Notes: generated by a model not told the origin, from the letters alone. A DNA stretch of 37,514 bases from a virus (IMGVR_UViG_2534681759_000011); one strand, 5' to 3'. Shown: positions 1-11,620, numbered from the stretch's first letter. Numbers and translations are program-made.

Positions 1-1002
1 TTACCCTCTATTGTCAAAAGGGTTCAATTCAACAGCAGCCTCTAAATGACCTGGAGCAAAATGCGCATAACGCATAGTCATTTTTATATCGCTATGCCCC
101 AGTATTTTTTGCAACACAAGAATATTTCCGCCCCGCATCATAAAATGACTGGCAAACGTGTGACGTAGCACATGAGTTAATTGCCCATCAGGAAGCTCGA
201 TCTTCGCTCTCTTAATTGCAGCGTCAAAAGCCTCATAACATGGTGAAAATAGCGCTCCTCGTTTTTTAGGAAGCATAGCCTGCAATTGAGGTGAAATCGG
301 TACAGTGCGGTTCTTCTTTCCTTTAGTTTTAACAAATGTGATTCGACCGGGCAGTACTTGAGATTGCTTTAATCCTTCTGCTTCACTCCACCGAGCACCA
401 GTCGCAAGCCCAATACGGACAACAACCCCCAAATCTTTATTCCGTGACTCATCACACGCAATCAGAAGGCGTTCAATCTCATCTACATACAGAAACGCCA
501 GTTCCTTTTCTTCCTCACGAAACTTGCGAATACCAGTCAGGGGGTTTTCACCAGACCACTCCCCAAGGCGCTTCAGTTCGGCAAAAACAGCATGTAGATA
601 TGACTGCTCGCGATTAACGGTTGCTTCACTAAGTTTTTTCTTCCCCTTGGGATTCCATTCTCCTGATAGCCTTCTTTCCCGATAAGTAGCAAACATATTT
701 TTGTCAAACTGCGAAGCAAATGGATCTCCCAGCCTGGAACAAATCGCCTCAAGTTTGACTTTGCGCTCTGCACCAGAGGACAAGGTTTTACCGTACATCT
801 CAAACCAACGAGCAATCAACTCAGAAAGACGAGGACCAGAACCATCTTGAAACTCGTCTCCAACTCTACTATTCATTAAACGGCGCTCATAAGAGAGCGC
901 CTCACTTTTTGTCGCAAACTGTTTACGAATGCGTTTTCCCGATGCCCCGTAGGGATAACATTCGCAAAGCCATTTACCTGATGGAATCTTACGAACCGAC
1001 AT
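1..1002 (-). CDS. int: Tyrosine recombinase (phage integrase), 333 aa, complete
   Basis: C-terminal catalytic box HVLRHTFASH...GHSDIKMTMRYAH (His-x-x-Arg and terminal Tyr of the R-H-R-Y tetrad); sits at the prophage end on the same strand as the repressor, as in P2-family prophages. Confidence 0.9.
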   Translation of the reverse strand: MSVRKIPSGKWLCECYPYGASGKRIRKQFATKSEALSYERRLMNSRVGDEFQDGSGPRLSELIARWFEMYGKTLSSGAERKVKLEAICSRLGDPFASQFDKNMFATYRERRLSGEWNPKGKKKLSEATVNREQSYLHAVFAELKRLGEWSGENPLTGIRKFREEEKELAFLYVDEIERLLIACDESRNKDLGVVVRIGLATGARWSEAEGLKQSQVLPGRITFVKTKGKKNRTVPISPQLQAMLPKKRGALFSPCYEAFDAAIKRAKIELPDGQLTHVLRHTFASHFMMRGGNILVLQKILGHSDIKMTMRYAHFAPGHLEAAVELNPFDNRG

Positions 1003-1007
1003 TTTAG

Positions 1008-1355
1008 TTACTTATCACATAAATCAAATGCAGCCTTAGTGACATCCCCCAGACTCTTTTTTAACCCTGGGGCGGCATCATTATCTAGCCAAAATGGATT
1101 ATTGTTATCTAACGGTAACGCACCAAATGTTTTACCTTTTATTCGAGCCAAACCTGTAAGTGCATATAACTTATTATCGTCAAAATTCATTACATAAGGA
1201 TTACCATCAAGACACTGTAATTGAACCTCATCAGTATTAAATGGCCACACCCCATTGAAACTCTCACGTTCAATGGTTTTAAAAGGCATTGCGACGGCGG
1301 AAAAAGAAAACATAGATAAAAAAGTAACTAATAGTTGAACCTTTTTAACTTTCAT
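1008..1355 (-). CDS. Small secreted protein with signal peptide, resembles the YebY/DUF2511 family (115 aa)
   Basis: N-terminal signal peptide MKVKKVQLLVTFLSMFSFSAVA; two Cys (C48, C113) that could form a disulfide; remembered similarity to E. coli YebY; AT-rich relative to the phage backbone. Confidence 0.55.
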   Translation of the reverse strand: MKVKKVQLLVTFLSMFSFSAVAMPFKTIERESFNGVWPFNTDEVQLQCLDGNPYVMNFDDNKLYALTGLARIKGKTFGALPLDNNNPFWLDNDAAPGLKKSLGDVTKAAFDLCDK

Positions 1356-1384
1356 ATCATTACCTCAATTTAGCTCAAGTAAGA

Positions 1385-2035
1385 TTACAAATTAAAAAAC
1401 GCTCTAGAAATGACACCGCCTACCAAACCCCCTACGCAGATAAAGAATATTATTTCTTTTGGATAAAGTCGGATTAATTCTGAAGCACGAAGTCGGACTT
1501 CTGGTAAGGTCGAACTCTCTGTGTGGCTTGATGCCGATTGTTGCTCTAACCACGACAATGCAGACTGTAACTGAGAACGAGTAAGATCGTTTAAACGTCC
1601 TGTACCGAAATTGATATGGCAATACCGCAGAAGTTTTTGTCGAAGTCCACAGTCTTCACTGTTACGTAGTAATAAACTTACAAGAGCCTTACAGGCATCA
1701 TGATCTTTACATCGCTCAAGCATTGCATGCAGAAAACTCTCCGCTGTTTTATATTGATTTACTGTCATATCATCAATACCAGCTACACCAATCTCCGCAT
1801 GTACTTTTTGCCAAATAATAAACGCTTCAGTATTGCTAGCTTCTGCAATAGCAGCAACCAAGCTATTTAGCTCCTTACGCTGAGCCTTAAGCAAAGGGCG
1901 ATCGTCATCATCATTATTCGAAGGGATTGCGATATTGACGGTATGAGAACCATCATATCGCTCTATCTGAATATTCTTTTCGTGAAAATCACGCCCAGCA
2001 ACGCGATTGTTTGAACCGTTTGAGTTGACGGCCAT
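1385..2035 (-). CDS. Tail-anchored membrane protein of unknown function (216 aa)
   Basis: Single C-terminal hydrophobic helix IIFFICVGGLVGGVI; N-terminus carries the motif NNRVAGRDFHE that matches the C-terminal tail of the upstream repressor; AT-rich; located between the repressor and int. Confidence 0.6.
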   Translation of the reverse strand: MAVNSNGSNNRVAGRDFHEKNIQIERYDGSHTVNIAIPSNNDDDDRPLLKAQRKELNSLVAAIAEASNTEAFIIWQKVHAEIGVAGIDDMTVNQYKTAESFLHAMLERCKDHDACKALVSLLLRNSEDCGLRQKLLRYCHINFGTGRLNDLTRSQLQSALSWLEQQSASSHTESSTLPEVRLRASELIRLYPKEIIFFICVGGLVGGVISRAFFNL

Positions 2036-2050
2036 GTCACCTCCCTACTA

Positions 2051-2455
2051 TCACCTGCCCTTAGTTTCGTTATAGTCACGACCAGCGATACGGTTATTAC
2101 CACCAGAAATATTTAACTCACGTCCTGATGGCTGAGTTTCCTTTTCACTGATCGCACCTTTTAAAGCCCCAATCACCGCGTTTTTCACATCTAACGAAGC
2201 TGCTCGAAAGCGAGTAATCAACTCCTGCTCATCATCGTTATAAGTTTCAGGTGAGTGAATTCCCAACACAACATACTGAACATCAAGGCCAAAACGAGAC
2301 AGCGCTGCCAAATACGCAGCATCAGGAAAGCTATCTCCTTTCTCATATCTAAGCTGAGTTAGCTTTTTGACTCCACCAATGTCGCTCATGGCAACTTGAC
2401 TAAGTCCCAATCTTTCCCTTTCCTCACGCAACCGCTGACCAATATCATTTTTCAT
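2051..2455 (-). CDS. HTH (XRE/Cro-C1 type) transcriptional repressor, probable immunity repressor (134 aa)
   Basis: N-terminal helix-turn-helix (QRLREERERLGLSQVAMSDIGGVKKLTQLRYEKG); transcribed divergently from the early operon and co-directional with int; too short to carry a LexA-like S24 peptidase domain. Confidence 0.75.
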   Translation of the reverse strand: MKNDIGQRLREERERLGLSQVAMSDIGGVKKLTQLRYEKGDSFPDAAYLAALSRFGLDVQYVVLGIHSPETYNDDEQELITRFRAASLDVKNAVIGALKGAISEKETQPSGRELNISGGNNRIAGRDYNETKGR

Positions 2456-2530
2456 ACAAAAACCTTGACAGGTATCTTTTTTGATACCAAAATGATTTCA
2501 CGAGCTATTAGATGATCACAATATACCACT
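2456..2530. promoter_or_regulatory. Divergent promoter/operator region between the repressor and the early operon
   Basis: TTGACA at 2465-2470 followed by the palindrome GGTATC-N6-GATACC (2471-2488); positioned like the P2 Pe/Pc switch region. Confidence 0.4.
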
Positions 2531-2737
2531 ATGAAACAAGTTCTTCACGATACCAGATCACGCATTCCGCGTAACACCGCCACAGGTCCAAGACTGGCAC
2601 TTCGGCTGTCCCTCGAGGAGCGAGCCGTCATTGATGAAATGGCAGCTAAAGAACAACGCTCATCCTCTAACATGGCGCGCATGATCTTCCTTCGCGGCCT
2701 AGAACTAACCCAGAAAGAACAAAACAAATCTTCCTGA
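2531..2737 (+). CDS. Small DNA-binding regulator, ribbon-helix-helix-like (68 aa), first gene of the early operon
   Basis: Pattern RLALRLSLEERAVIDEMAAKE typical of RHH (Arc/CopG-type) proteins; occupies the Cox/Apl/Cro position. Confidence 0.45.
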   Translation: MKQVLHDTRSRIPRNTATGPRLALRLSLEERAVIDEMAAKEQRSSSNMARMIFLRGLELTQKEQNKSS

Positions 2738-2753
2738 TCAAGAGGCTAGTGGG

Positions 2754-2957
2754 ATGTCAGGTATAACCATCAATATCAATGTGAATGCCCCCTATGTATC
2801 CCTGCAGAAATATGCAGAGATAACAGGTATCCCTCTTAATACATGCAAAAAGATGTTGGCTGACGGTCGAATTATTATCCGCCCCAAACGCGCCAAAATG
2901 GAAAAGCCTGAAGTAAACCTTGTGGCGATGTTAAAAGACGCTTTGACTAACAGCTAA
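2754..2957 (+). CDS. Small HTH protein, Cox/Apl/excisionase-like (67 aa)
   Basis: HTH segment YVSLQKYAEITGIPLNTCKKMLADGRI resembling AlpA/Xis/Cox-type winged helices. Confidence 0.45.
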   Translation: MSGITININVNAPYVSLQKYAEITGIPLNTCKKMLADGRIIIRPKRAKMEKPEVNLVAMLKDALTNS

Positions 2958-2978
2958 AACAATGAACAGAGCACCATC

Positions 2979-3329
2979 ATGAAAAAAAACGCTAATAATC
3001 CATACTCCAAATTTCGTAATGGCGTAGAACGCCATGTACACCACGTCGCTACCAGTGCATCACGTAGTAACAGTCGCTATAACCTGAACGAGACGCACGC
3101 AACACCGGATGGCCACGCTGTAAAACAAATCGGCGAGCATGCCTGGCTGATTGAGAAAGCTGGAATCGTGGTCCACAAATGCCCACGCAATCCGTTTACC
3201 GGAAACCGCATTTTTGCTCTAAGCAGTGGCGACAATCAGTTCGGGCAGGATTTCACATTATACGAAGCACTTCGCACGGTTGATCGTCTGCTTCGCGGGC
3301 AAAGTTTTATTAAACAGGCTGATTTATAA
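2979..3329 (+). CDS. Hypothetical early protein (116 aa)
   Basis: ORF in the early operon; function not recognisable. Confidence 0.45.
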   Translation: MKKNANNPYSKFRNGVERHVHHVATSASRSNSRYNLNETHATPDGHAVKQIGEHAWLIEKAGIVVHKCPRNPFTGNRIFALSSGDNQFGQDFTLYEALRTVDRLLRGQSFIKQADL

Positions 3330-3339
3330 CAGGTGCTTT

Positions 3340-3627
3340 ATGACCAAAGACCATGCACAAGGTGTATTTATCCGTTTTATTGATTTTCGCGGTGAACTGT
3401 TATTACGTGCATCCGCTATTGACGGAGTGACTCCGGCGGGTAAAAACGGAGCCGACGAAGCCACTTACGTTTATCTGAACGGCACGCGACTGCTTGTGGA
3501 ACTTCCGTACCAGACCGTACGAGAAATCATTAGCGAAGCTGAAAAGGCACGCCAGGTTAATGGCGATGAACCCTATATCGAAATTATTTGTATGGATTCA
3601 GAAGCTGAAATACAGAAAGCAGATTAA
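3340..3627 (+). CDS. Hypothetical early protein (95 aa)
   Basis: ATG at 3340 preceded by AGGTG; the longer annotated ORF from 3226 overlaps the previous gene and is probably not the true start. Confidence 0.45.
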   Translation: MTKDHAQGVFIRFIDFRGELLLRASAIDGVTPAGKNGADEATYVYLNGTRLLVELPYQTVREIISEAEKARQVNGDEPYIEIICMDSEAEIQKAD

Positions 3628-3635
3628 AGGGCGTT

Positions 3636-3881
3636 GTGATGGGCAAAGAATATAAAACTCTCATTAACAAAGCACTTGAGCGTTTTTATTTTCGCTTAAG
3701 TGCATCAGGCGCTCATGCTGAACGTGCGGCCCGTGACTCATTGACCAGAGCAATCCGAAGTCTGTATGACGTAGCTTTTTACGCTGATGATCTGGATGCA
3801 CTTAACGAACTTTCCGAGCTGATCTGTGCCGCAGAATGCGGGGAACATATTGAACCGTATAAGCTGGGGAATATCGCATGA
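3636..3881 (+). CDS. Hypothetical early protein (81 aa)
   Basis: ORF with coupled downstream gene (ATGA overlap at 3878-3881). Confidence 0.45.
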   Translation: MMGKEYKTLINKALERFYFRLSASGAHAERAARDSLTRAIRSLYDVAFYADDLDALNELSELICAAECGEHIEPYKLGNIA

Positions 3882-3991
3882 GTATATTTATCTCATGGCT
3901 TGTTCTGATTATTTCGGTGGCCTGCGCTATTGGGATTATGCGAATTATTCATTCAATAAAAAAGATTGAACGCTTTTTCACTGGCGAATAA
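3878..3991 (+). CDS. Small single-pass membrane peptide (37 aa), possible host-kil or toxin-like peptide
   Basis: Translation MSIFISWLVLIISVACAIGIMRIIHSIKKIERFFTGE; ATG overlaps the stop of the preceding gene; below the ORF-track length threshold. Confidence 0.35.
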   Translation: MSIFISWLVLIISVACAIGIMRIIHSIKKIERFFTGE

Positions 3992-4077
3992 CAGAACAAA
4001 TAAAACCACAGATTAAATAAGAAAATGTAAAAACAATCCGCATTCGCGGAGGTATTCGCACACGCCAAGGAGGCGTA

Positions 4078-4281
4078 ATGGCAATTAAGCATTTTCCTGT
4101 CGTTCGTTTTACCTCCAGAGGGCGGGAATACGAAGTCGACGAACGCCTGATTACCACAATCGACAAACACCGTTCAGAAAAGGATGCACATCACATCTAT
4201 CTCACTGACGGCACTTACTTCTGCGCCACGAATGTGGTGCGGGTGAACCTTATCCGACAGGTACAGGAGTCACGCAGATGA
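4078..4281 (+). CDS. Hypothetical early protein (67 aa)
   Basis: Strong RBS AGGAGG upstream of the ATG. Confidence 0.5.
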   Translation: MAIKHFPVVRFTSRGREYEVDERLITTIDKHRSEKDAHHIYLTDGTYFCATNVVRVNLIRQVQESRR

Positions 4282-4523
4282 CCATTCTGGACTATATTGC
4301 CGCCAATCCGGGGTGTAGCGGTGGAGAAATCGCCGCAGCACTGAATACCCCAACCACAGCCATTAATGCGGAGTTACGCCGACTCTGGCGCAGCGGTTCA
4401 GTCATAAGAAAAGAGCGCAAAACAGGCGGTCGCTTTTCTTACCAGATAAACCCGATGCCGTTCGGGTGTGGCAATCCACTTACCAACATGTTTAACCAGC
4501 TACTGAAGGAAGCCAGAGCATGA
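4278..4523 (+). CDS. Hypothetical early protein (81 aa)
   Basis: Start overlaps the previous stop; not otherwise recognisable. Confidence 0.4.
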   Translation: MTILDYIAANPGCSGGEIAAALNTPTTAINAELRRLWRSGSVIRKERKTGGRFSYQINPMPFGCGNPLTNMFNQLLKEARA

Positions 4524-4819
4524 GCGCCATCAACCACAAGGAATTACGCGAACTGGCGACTGACCTGCAACGAATGGCAACGCCTCAAAAATTACTGGCG
4601 TTTCGCGCAATGCTCTCGCCGTCTGCTGTGCTGGCGCTGCTGGATGAGCTGGAGCACGCCAGAACCACACCTCTCGCCATTCGCCTGACGCTCCGTCATG
4701 AAATCGAGGATTTCTGCGCGACGTTGGAGGCGCCAGGCGAACCGGAAACGCCGGAAGCAATACAGCAAGAGCTGCTGCAACGCATTGACAAGGTTTTTGA
4801 TTTTTTTCTGAACCACTAA
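4520..4819 (+). CDS. Hypothetical early protein (99 aa)
   Basis: Start overlaps the previous stop. Confidence 0.45.
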   Translation: MSAINHKELRELATDLQRMATPQKLLAFRAMLSPSAVLALLDELEHARTTPLAIRLTLRHEIEDFCATLEAPGEPETPEAIQQELLQRIDKVFDFFLNH

Positions 4820-5141
4820 GAAACCAGAACATGCACACACAAAAAAACCGCTTGCCATGCCGCAATCAGTCAGGTTACATTTCCGCTGCACCTCATAAAA
4901 CGGGTGCCGGGTTTCGCAGCCCGCTGACAAACGTAGCGCACAACCGCGCCAGCGGTTTTTTTGTGCGTACTGTATCGCCACGTCTTTTTCGCATCAGAAT
5001 TATGGTGGGGCGTACGGGGCCGACTTCGGTCGGGCCGGGTTCTGCGTTTGCCGGTACTGCGAACCTCGTACGTCTCGCCACCCACAGTTTCGCAGCTCTG
5101 GATGGTGAGTTTTCAAAACTTACACACGTAGAGGCCACACC

Positions 5142-5372
5142 ATGGCAAACCGCAAACAGCACCGCGCTATCGCGGAGCGTCGTCACATCCAGACTGAAAT
5201 CAACCGCAGACTTTCCCGCGCATCACGCGTCGCGCAAATCATGCACATCAATATGCTGCATGAGCGTAGCTGCGAACTTTCAAACCTCTATTCATCCGCT
5301 GTTTTCAGTTATCTGGCGGATGATCTGCGCGAGCTTCAGCAGCTCATCCAGCAGCAAAACAAACTCCATTAA
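5142..5372 (+). CDS. Hypothetical small basic protein (76 aa)
   Basis: Arg-rich N-terminus; follows a GC-rich structured intergenic region; weak RBS. Confidence 0.3.
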   Translation: MANRKQHRAIAERRHIQTEINRRLSRASRVAQIMHINMLHERSCELSNLYSSAVFSYLADDLRELQQLIQQQNKLH

Positions 5373-5444
5373 TTCCTGTTCCGGGCCTTTCCTGCACCTT
5401 GCGGCGGGAGGCCTTCGCACATCTGTAACAAGAGGATTGCCGCA

Positions 5445-7724
<2,280 letters not shown>

Positions 7725-7776
7725 ATTGACAACAGTCTGCCGCGACACCCTGAATGGCATAACGAAGTAAATCACT

Positions 7777-10584
7777 ATGACGGCAGAGTACATCAGGGAC
7801 TGGCAGCAACCGCGCCACGCAGTGGGGCGTGAAGGAACGGGGATCCCCGCTCCTGAATCCGCGCTTTCCTCCTGGCTGGATGCCTACCGGGCAGAGAACG
7901 AGCGCTGCCAGGAAATGGCTGATGCGGCGTTCTCCGCCACGCCGCTGGGCAACCTGATTAATAAAAGCCTGGACGCACAGGAAAAACAGGACAAAACCAT
8001 CACACTGGCAGGAGACGCCAGAAAGCAGGTACGCGGCGCGGTGGATGAAGCCATGGCCTCGCTGCGCCTGCTGCCATCCTATCTGCGCGATCCGCTTATT
8101 CGCCACCTCTCCTTCCTGCGCAAAAAACAGGAATCTGACCGCCAGAAAGGTAAAAAGAACCAGCAGGCTGAACGCTACGCGCGCGGGACCCTGCGCAAAA
8201 TATTCGAACGTCTGGATCGCACTGACGGGCGCTGGCTGACACCGGGTTATCGCTCCCTTGCCGGGCGCGAACGCCTGGACGATTTGCTTTACCTGCCGCA
8301 GCTCAACAAGCACCAGATACAGACGCTGGCCACCATGACGGCGGCGATGTTCAGCAGCACCTTCGAAACACTCTGCGATGGCTTTGGTGCCAGAGATGGC
8401 GAGCTGACCATGGATGTAATGTTGAAGGCTTACCGGATGCTGGCCCGTATCGCATTACGCCTGCACATCATGCCGCCACATTACGAAGCCCTGAACAAGA
8501 GCGATCCGGATACGGAACTGTTACCGGGCGCAATCCTTCGCCTGACCTGTGCGGAATGGTGGAAACGCAAATTGTGGCTGTTACGTTGCGAGTGGAGAGA
8601 AGAACAACTCCGCGCCGCCTGTCTGGTTTCCAGAAAAACATCACCCTATCTGAGCCAGGACGCGTTAAGCGAGTTTCGCGCACAGCGCGAGAAAACACGC
8701 GATTTCCTGAAAAGTTTCATGCTGGAAAACGAAGACGGGTTCACGATTGATCTCGAGACAGTGTATTACGCGGGAGTAAGTAACCCGGTTCACCGTAAGG
8801 CAGAAATGATGGCCACCATGAAGGGGCTGGAACTTCTGGCCGAAGCCCGTGGCGACAAAGCGGTGTTTCTGACTGTCACCTGCCCGTCAAAATACCACGC
8901 CACAACAGAGAACGGTCATCCGAATCCCAAATGGAACGGGGCCACCATGCGCGACTCCAGCGATTACCTGGTTAACACGTTTTTTGCGGCGGTCCGCAAG
9001 AAACTGAACCGCGACGGCCTGCGCTGGTATGGCATCCGCACGGTGGAGCCTCACCATGACGGCACCGTGCACTGGCATATGATGGTCTTTGCACATCCGG
9101 ACGAGATTGAAACCATCGTGTCCCACGTCTGCGATATTGCCATTCAGGAAGACCGCCACGAGCTGGGCGATGACATAACTCCGCGTTTTAAGGCGGAGTA
9201 CGTAGACGGCTCAAAAGGCACACCAACCAGCTACATCGCCACCTACATCGGAAAGAACCTGGACAGCCGCGCCGTGGATGGCATCGACCAGAAAACGGGC
9301 AAGCCACGCGTTGACCACGAAACCGGAAAATCAATGGCCGAGAGCGTGGAACGCGCCATCGGCTGGGCGCGCCTTCACCGGGTCCGCCAGTTCCAGTTCT
9401 TTGGCATCCCCTCCCGTCAGGTGTGGCGTGAACTCCGCCGCCTTGCCAGCCAGATGGCACGCAACCCGGAAGGCCCGCAACGGCTGAAGGATGACGCAAT
9501 GGATGCGGTACTCGCTGCCGCTGATGCAGGATGTTTTGCCACCTACATAGAGAAACAGGGCGGCGTACTTGTTCCACGCAAAGACTACCTGATTCGCACC
9601 GCCTACGACCTCGCCGATGAGCTGAACGATTACGGCGAACAGAGCGTACAGATTTACGGGATCTGGTCACCACTCATCGGGGAATCCTCCCGTGTGTGCA
9701 CGCATCCGGATAACTGGAAGCTGGTAAGACGCAAACCGGAAGCGGAAGACAGCGCCCGCGAAAATGGTTTTGACCTTCAGGGCGGCCCTGCCGCCCCTTG
9801 GACTCGTGGCAATAACTGTCCCCGTGTACAGGAAACAGGCAACAGCGGGACAGAACAGTCGAAAGAACGGCCAGCACCGTGGCCGCAGCTTCCTGACGGC
9901 GTTGAAGTGAACGAATGGATGCGCTCACTGAAACGGCACGAACGCCGGGCGCTGATGCGTTCGCTTCGTGACAAACAGGCAAAAAACAGCAGTGATGAAA
10001 TGCAGAGCTGGACACAGAGCCGCAAACAGCAGCGGCCTTTGCCTGATAACCACGAATTACTCGCTAAAGAATGGCGGGAGTCTGCCGAATCTCTCGGCCT
10101 GCATATCGGTGAACAGCAGATGCAGCACCTGCTACGGGGCGGCAGCCTGTACGTTGACGGCAGCATCATTGCACCGCAGGGATATGAAATTGTACGCAAA
10201 CCGGATACCCGCCCGGACAGCCGAATCACGCAGCTCTGGCAGCACCTGAGCCGTAATCACGGCGTAAGCAGCACGGAGATCCGCCATAACCCGGTCGCCA
10301 GCTATCTGGCACAGCTGGGGGCATCAGACCCCGAAGCCGCCGCACGCCTGGCATCCGCACTTCAGCAGGATCAGAACACCATGAAAACACCCGTTACCGT
10401 GCTTTCTGACATGCTGCGCGCCATCCGCGACGCAGAGCACGCACAGAGAATCAGTGAAACCACTGAACGCGCCAGCCGCAAAGCAGACCTGCTGCAGGGT
10501 GGCCTGACCAGTGGAAACAAAAAACAGACAGAAACGGGATCCACAAATCCCGTAAATGAGCAAAAAACGCGCCGCGATATATGA
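7777..10584 (+). CDS. A: Rolling-circle replication initiation endonuclease, P2 gpA family (935 aa)
   Basis: HUH motif in EPHHDGTVHWHMMVF and catalytic tyrosine pair in YIATYIGKNLD; weak RBS, start immediately downstream of the IS. Confidence 0.85.
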   Translation: MTAEYIRDWQQPRHAVGREGTGIPAPESALSSWLDAYRAENERCQEMADAAFSATPLGNLINKSLDAQEKQDKTITLAGDARKQVRGAVDEAMASLRLLPSYLRDPLIRHLSFLRKKQESDRQKGKKNQQAERYARGTLRKIFERLDRTDGRWLTPGYRSLAGRERLDDLLYLPQLNKHQIQTLATMTAAMFSSTFETLCDGFGARDGELTMDVMLKAYRMLARIALRLHIMPPHYEALNKSDPDTELLPGAILRLTCAEWWKRKLWLLRCEWREEQLRAACLVSRKTSPYLSQDALSEFRAQREKTRDFLKSFMLENEDGFTIDLETVYYAGVSNPVHRKAEMMATMKGLELLAEARGDKAVFLTVTCPSKYHATTENGHPNPKWNGATMRDSSDYLVNTFFAAVRKKLNRDGLRWYGIRTVEPHHDGTVHWHMMVFAHPDEIETIVSHVCDIAIQEDRHELGDDITPRFKAEYVDGSKGTPTSYIATYIGKNLDSRAVDGIDQKTGKPRVDHETGKSMAESVERAIGWARLHRVRQFQFFGIPSRQVWRELRRLASQMARNPEGPQRLKDDAMDAVLAAADAGCFATYIEKQGGVLVPRKDYLIRTAYDLADELNDYGEQSVQIYGIWSPLIGESSRVCTHPDNWKLVRRKPEAEDSARENGFDLQGGPAAPWTRGNNCPRVQETGNSGTEQSKERPAPWPQLPDGVEVNEWMRSLKRHERRALMRSLRDKQAKNSSDEMQSWTQSRKQQRPLPDNHELLAKEWRESAESLGLHIGEQQMQHLLRGGSLYVDGSIIAPQGYEIVRKPDTRPDSRITQLWQHLSRNHGVSSTEIRHNPVASYLAQLGASDPEAAARLASALQQDQNTMKTPVTVLSDMLRAIRDAEHAQRISETTERASRKADLLQGGLTSGNKKQTETGSTNPVNEQKTRRDI

Positions 10585-10642
10585 AGCGCGCACAAAACAG
10601 GCGAAAGCGGGATTTAAAAATCCCGTAAACGGTTAATTAACC
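10534..10642. promoter_or_regulatory. Palindromic repeats: two copies of CGGGAT-N6-ATCCCGTAAA plus GGTTAATTAACC; candidate parC-like centromere/operator or ori element
   Basis: ACGGGATCCACAAATCCCGT at 10534-10553 (inside the 3' end of gene A), CGGGATTTAAAAATCCCG at 10608-10625, and the perfect palindrome GGTTAATTAACC at about 10630-10642, all just upstream of the parM-like start. Confidence 0.35.
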
Positions 10643-10660
10643 AACATAAGGAAAATCGAC

Positions 10661-11620
10661 ATGAAAATTTGTATCGACGACGGCTCCACCAACATCAAGC
10701 TGGCATGGACTGAGAACGGCGAACGCCGCAACGCCATCAGCCCGAACAGCTTCAAGTCGGAATGGTCTGCGCCGTTCGGTGGCACGCATCCCGCGAACTA
10801 CATGCTTGATGGCGTGCGCTATGGCTTTGATCCGGTCAGCGATCGTTTTGTCCAGACGACTGACACGCAATACCAGTACAGCGATGTGAATGTAATCGCC
10901 ATTCATCACGCGCTGGTCAAATCAGGCATCACGCCACAGGAGGTGGATGTGGTTGTCACCCTGCCACTGAGCGAGTATTTCGACACAAACGCACAGCCGG
11001 ACATGGCCAACATCAACCGCAAAAAAGCGAACGTCATGCGCCCGGTGGAGTACCAGAACGGCGAAGCATTCACTATCCGTAACGTACGGGTTATGCCTGA
11101 ATCCATTCCGGCTGGCTTTAAGGCACTGGCTGACATGAGTCCGTTTGAATCCCTGCTGATTGTGGATTTGGGCGGAACCACGCTGGATGTGGCAAAGGTT
11201 CAGGGGCAGCTGGCAGGTATCAGCCAGGTGTTTTGCGATCCAAACGTAGGCGTTTCCCTGATGGCTGATTCCGTGCTGTCGGTGATGGCCACTAACGGTA
11301 TGCGTACCAGTCACCACATCGCCAATACCATTATTGAGCACCGTCACGATGAAGCCTGGCTGCGCCAGCACATTCACAATGACGCGCATTACAACAGCCT
11401 GATGGCGGTTATTCGTGAAAAGGAGGAGACACTGAAACAACGAGTGATCCGCGCGCTGGCGGGTTTTTCCGGTTACGGGCGGGTGATGGTTGTCGGTGGA
11501 GGGGCGGAGATTGTGGCACCCGCTATCCGCGAAGCCTGCGGAGTTAATGCGACTTTCATCGCGGACGGGGTGCCACAGTTTGCTCTGGTTAATGGGCTGT
11601 ACGCAATGAACAAGGAGTAA
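10661..11620 (+). CDS. parM: Actin-like segregation ATPase, ParM/StbA family (319 aa)
   Basis: Actin-fold motifs IDDGSTNIK (phosphate 1), LIVDLGGTTLDV (phosphate 2) and MVVGGGAE (adenosine); remembered close similarity to plasmid R1 ParM. Confidence 0.85.
   Translation: MKICIDDGSTNIKLAWTENGERRNAISPNSFKSEWSAPFGGTHPANYMLDGVRYGFDPVSDRFVQTTDTQYQYSDVNVIAIHHALVKSGITPQEVDVVVTLPLSEYFDTNAQPDMANINRKKANVMRPVEYQNGEAFTIRNVRVMPESIPAGFKALADMSPFESLLIVDLGGTTLDVAKVQGQLAGISQVFCDPNVGVSLMADSVLSVMATNGMRTSHHIANTIIEHRHDEAWLRQHIHNDAHYNSLMAVIREKEETLKQRVIRALAGFSGYGRVMVVGGGAEIVAPAIREACGVNATFIADGVPQFALVNGLYAMNKE

Noticed and set aside
4985-5095. Possible tRNA or tmRNA-like gene in the structured GC-rich block
   Set aside because: No cloverleaf could be drawn and no T-loop GTTCRANYC motif is present; kept only as a generic structured-RNA candidate.
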